Below, piece by piece: positions 61,430 through 64,000 of a stretch of 64,000 nucleotides of DNA. Within the stretch, counting starts at the first letter, position 1. Each line of letters begins with the position of its first letter. The DNA comes from an uncultured Chloroflexia bacterium. Lineage in GTDB: Bacteria > Chloroflexota > Limnocylindria > Limnocylindrales > CSP1-4. The stretch spans positions 161,444 through 225,443 of the forward strand of contig CAVTMH010000001.1 of NCBI GenBank assembly GCA_963735785.1, read 5' to 3'. The position numbers were made by a program, and so were the translations under genes. A model generated the notes under the pieces. That model worked only from the letters and a program-made list of their open reading frames with translations. It searched no databases and had not been told where the DNA came from.

Positions 61430-61882
61430 ATGCCGAGCACGCCCCGCGGCCGGTTCATCGGTTACCCGAAAGACTCGCTGCTCGCCGTGCTGCCGGACGC
61501 GCAATCGGCTGCGGCCGCTGCGGCCGCACTCCGCGCCGCCGGGATCCCGGACAGCGACATCACGATCCTGCGTGGCGACGAAGGCGCCGACCGCCTGGAC
61601 GGCACGGGGGCCGCGAACGGGATCGTCGCCCGCCTGCGGCGACTGGTCTCGTTCACGCTCATGGACCAGCTCGTCGATATGGCCCTCTACGAGCAGGCCG
61701 TTCGGGACGGCCAGGTCGTGCTGATGGTGCAGCCGCGCGACGGGGCACGAAAAGCCGCTGCGATCGACATCCAGCGCGCCTTCGGCGCCCATTTCGTCAA
61801 CTACTACGGCCGCTTCGCGACCGAGGAGATCGAGCGCTGGCGCGGACCCGAGCCCAGAGTGCCGGGTCTCCTCCGGCGCTGA
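61430..61882 (+). CDS. hypothetical protein
   Basis: 150-aa ORF with good GC3 bias (MPSTPRGRFIGYPKDSLLAVLPDAQSAAAAAAALRAAGIPDSDITILRG...). No family recognised. Confidence 0.5.
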   Translation: MPSTPRGRFIGYPKDSLLAVLPDAQSAAAAAAALRAAGIPDSDITILRGDEGADRLDGTGAANGIVARLRRLVSFTLMDQLVDMALYEQAVRDGQVVLMVQPRDGARKAAAIDIQRAFGAHFVNYYGRFATEEIERWRGPEPRVPGLLRR

Positions 61883-61884
61883 TC

Positions 61885-62292
61885 TCAGCCGGCACCGACC
61901 GTCTCGAGCACGAAGAGCGGAATCACTCGTTTCGTCTTGCGCTGGTAGGTCGCGTAGAGCGGGAAGGCCTCGGTGACGAGCTTCCACAGCCGGTCTCGGT
62001 CCGTCCCGTCCACTTCCTCCGCTCGAACCTCACGCACGTCGCGACCCTGCTTCACGGTCGCGCGCGGCTCGGCCCGCAGGTTGCGGACCCAGTCGGGGTC
62101 CGTCGCGGCTCCGCCCCAGGACCCGACGATGACCAGGCGGTCGCCAACGTCCCATGCATACAGCGTCACCTGCCGAGGCTCGCCGGTTCGCCGTCCGGTC
62201 GTGGTCAACCTGATCTGCACGTGTCGGAGCGTACCGGACGGGTGCGTGAGGGGCGGACGCCGGCAGACCGAGTATCGTGACCGGACGTCCAT
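61885..62292 (-). CDS. deazaflavin(F420)-dependent nitroreductase family protein (DUF385/Ddn-like)
   Basis: ...LTTTGRRTGEPRQVTLYAW..GDRLVIVGSWGGAATDPDWVRNLRAEPRATV...DRDRLW...FPLYATYQRKTKRVIPLFVLE matches the split-barrel Ddn-family pattern. The ATG at 62292 is tentative. Confidence 0.7.
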   Translation of the reverse strand: MDVRSRYSVCRRPPLTHPSGTLRHVQIRLTTTGRRTGEPRQVTLYAWDVGDRLVIVGSWGGAATDPDWVRNLRAEPRATVKQGRDVREVRAEEVDGTDRDRLWKLVTEAFPLYATYQRKTKRVIPLFVLETVGAG

Positions 62293-62310
62293 CCCCTGCT
62301 GAGGAGTCCC

Positions 62311-62889
62311 ATGTTCCGTCGCATCTTCGGCCCCGGCCCCGAGCATGAACAGGCTGCTGACCGGGCGGAAGCCTCGCTGACCGCGGCATCGACGGCGGCC
62401 GGCGACACCGCGACCGTCCGCCGGATCGTCGCCCGGCTCGAAGCGATGCCGCCAGAGCGAGCCCGGTTGGTGGCGTCGGCCGCCTATACGCTCGCACGCG
62501 CCGCTCACGCGGACCTCGAGATCAGCGCGGATGAGACGGCCGTCATGGAACGTGAGCTCCAGACTCACGGCGCGATCGACGAAGCGACGGCCGTGCTGGT
62601 CACAGAGATGGCGAAGCTCCAGGCAAGGACCGTGGGCGGGACCGAGGATTACGTCGTCACCAGGGAGTTCACGACGCTCGCCTCCGAGCAGCTGCGCATG
62701 GACGTCCTGCGCGCCTGCTTCGCCGTCGGCGCGGCGAGCGGCACGATCTCCGCCGAGGAATCCGCCACGCTCAACCAGATCGCGAGCGAGCTCAAGCTCG
62801 ACACGGCCGTGATCTCATCGATCCGGTCCGAGTTCCACGATCGCCTCACGTCGGTCCGGGAGGTCCGCCGGCTGGCTGGCGGGGGATAA
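62311..62889 (+). CDS. TerB-like (tellurite-resistance TerB family) protein
   Basis: ATG at 62311 lies 4 nt after GAGGAG. Paired helices with ...ADLEISADETAVMERELQ... and ...SGTISAEESATLNQIASELKLD... resemble the TerB repeat. The call is from memory. Confidence 0.5.
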   Translation: MFRRIFGPGPEHEQAADRAEASLTAASTAAGDTATVRRIVARLEAMPPERARLVASAAYTLARAAHADLEISADETAVMERELQTHGAIDEATAVLVTEMAKLQARTVGGTEDYVVTREFTTLASEQLRMDVLRACFAVGAASGTISAEESATLNQIASELKLDTAVISSIRSEFHDRLTSVREVRRLAGGG

Positions 62890-62894
62890 ACCAC

Positions 62895-63305
62895 GTGCGG
62901 GGGAGTCGTCTGGCGACCGTCCTCATGGTCGCTGCCGCGATCGCGGCGGGCGGCTGTTCCCCCGCCGATCAAAGTTCACCGCCGCCCGGGCCGATCGTCG
63001 TTACGTTCGAAGTCAACGAGGGGGAGCGGTTCCGGGTGTTGTTGATCGATCCGGCCGATCAGCTGGCCGCGAGCAAGTTGCTCGCCGGGGATGAAGGCCC
63101 GGACATCCCGAACGGCCGGATCGTCCGCCGGACCGGCGTCAACGACGGGTGGTCCTGGTCCATCGATCCGTCGGACTTCGAGTTCGCGGAGCTGACGACC
63201 GAGGTGTGCGACGGCGACCCGAGCGACGTCGAGAGCGGTGCGCTGACGAGCGAGCGCTACTGCCCATGGTCGGCGCGGGTCGTGGAGATCGAACCGTTCC
63301 AGTGA
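62895..63305 (+). CDS. probable lipoprotein / secreted protein
   Basis: 136 aa with a signal-like N-terminus MRGSRLATVLMVAAAIAAGGCSP (Cys after an Ala/Gly stretch). No family recognised. Confidence 0.5.
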   Translation: MRGSRLATVLMVAAAIAAGGCSPADQSSPPPGPIVVTFEVNEGERFRVLLIDPADQLAASKLLAGDEGPDIPNGRIVRRTGVNDGWSWSIDPSDFEFAELTTEVCDGDPSDVESGALTSERYCPWSARVVEIEPFQ

Positions 63306-63331
63306 CGCCGGGCGTCCGGTGACGCCGGGCG
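63302..63331. repeat. 13-bp direct repeat with 17-bp period at the end of the lipoprotein gene
   Basis: GTGACGCCGGGCG occurs at 63302-63314 and again at 63319-63331. Each copy contains the small palindrome GACGCC-G-GGCGTC or a near copy. It lies between convergent genes. Confidence 0.6.
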
Positions 63332-63364
63332 CCCGCCGACACCGGCCCGCGGCCGGCTTCGTGG

Positions 63365-64000
63365 TCAGGCGCTGGCGAGCCGCAAGTCGACCAACCCGTC
63401 CCCGAGCCGGCGCCGAACCTCCGCCAGGAGCTCCGCGTCGTAGGCGACGCCGCGGCGAAGCTCCATCGGCAGGGTCGGTCCGCCGCCGGGAGCTGGAACG
63501 TGGATGACCACGCGTGTCGCCCCGGGTCGGTCGCGGAGCAGGGCCTTGACCGCTTCCATGGCACCCACGAGCCGGTCGGGAGCGGCGGCACCTTCGAACC
63601 GCACGTGGAGGATGGCATCGGGTCCCGCCGCGACCGGATCGTCGGCGGTGGCGTCGGCCATGATGCGGGCGCGGGCCTCGTCCGGCACCGACGGTTCCTC
63701 GTGCAGGTCGTGGGCATCGTCCGCGACGGCGACCGCGCCGGCGGGCTCAATGTACGCCGGGATGGGCTCGGCTGGCTGGATGCGCGGCATCGAATCCGGC
63801 GGCGGGCCGCCGTCGCCTTCCTCGCGTCGCGGTGACACGGTGGCGGGACGCCCGGCGAGATCACCCGCTGCCCCATGGCCCGGTCCAGGTCCCACCGGCA
63901 CCGGCGCACGTCGAGGGCCGCCCCGCCCACCGGAGCGATCGGAGGCGGCGACCTCGCGCGCGAATGCCTCGGGCCCGCGCGCGGCTGCATCGTCCCAGTC
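63365..64000 (-). CDS. 3' part of a larger ORF entering from the right window edge (C-terminus resembles the extreme C-terminus of DnaE-type Pol III alpha; tentative)
   Basis: The frame is open from 64000 (DWDDAAARGPEAFAREV...) to the stop at 63365. The last 80 aa (ILHVRFEG...AMEAVKALLRDRPGATRVVIHVP...MELRRGVAYDAELLAEVRRRLGDGLVDLRL) have the layout I recall for DnaE C-termini. Confidence 0.35.
   Translation of the reverse strand, partial: DWDDAAARGPEAFAREVAASDRSGGRGGPRRAPVPVGPGPGHGAAGDLAGRPATVSPRREEGDGGPPPDSMPRIQPAEPIPAYIEPAGAVAVADDAHDLHEEPSVPDEARARIMADATADDPVAAGPDAILHVRFEGAAAPDRLVGAMEAVKALLRDRPGATRVVIHVPAPGGGPTLPMELRRGVAYDAELLAEVRRRLGDGLVDLRLASA

Noticed and set aside
63139-63990. 283-aa minus-strand ORF at the right edge
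   Set aside because: It is Arg/Pro/Ser-rich with poor codon bias. The overlapping frame that ends at 63365 stays open to the window edge, has better GC3 bias and a structured C-terminus, so that frame was annotated.

Overview
Very GC-rich bacterial chromosomal segment, densely coding and mostly transcribed on the minus strand. The backbone is housekeeping with Actinomycetota-like synteny (the lineage is an inference; no search was possible). It carries rpsF-ssb-rpsR, HtpX/LemA, secG-gpmI-tpiA-whiA-yvcK-rapZ-tatC-tatA-pyrF, a TolB-like propeller, recJ, secDF, uvrC, uvrA, uvrB, coaE, an ABC-F ATPase, mutM, polA, and an ECF sigma factor with two tandem anti-sigma paralogues. There are nine minus-strand tRNA genes (four Leu isoacceptors, Val, Cys, Gln, Gly, Phe) and scattered Tad-pilus genes (tadZ-like at 2.9 kb; tadE/tadG/cpaB-like at 47.7-51.2 kb). 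The main discovery candidate is a 10.48-kb integrated element (29192-39671) with a large serine recombinase at its right end. It splits a UvrD/PcrA-type helicase gene inside its Walker-A codons, and joining the flanks across a shared TC restores an in-frame APAGSGKTTT P-loop. The element has a divergent XRE-type switch, a P4/D5-type primase-helicase, an HNH endonuclease, an HExxH plus HxH-repeat protein and about ten ORFans. It has no recognisable capsid, portal or terminase, so it looks like a satellite-like or otherwise non-autonomous integrative element. Other points: (1) identical LexA-type SOS boxes and apparently leaderless starts for uvrA and uvrB; (2) five apparent frameshifts clustered in rpsF, ssb and tadZ, possibly assembly indels, which needs reads; (3) a frameshifted LAGLIDADG-type gene in a visibly less GC-biased islet next to tRNA-Leu(CAA); (4) low-complexity insertions or tails in SecF, UvrB, Fpg and a HYR-domain surface protein. 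No rRNA, CRISPR array or transposase was seen. Several start codons were re-chosen by hand and differ from the ORF-track starts.
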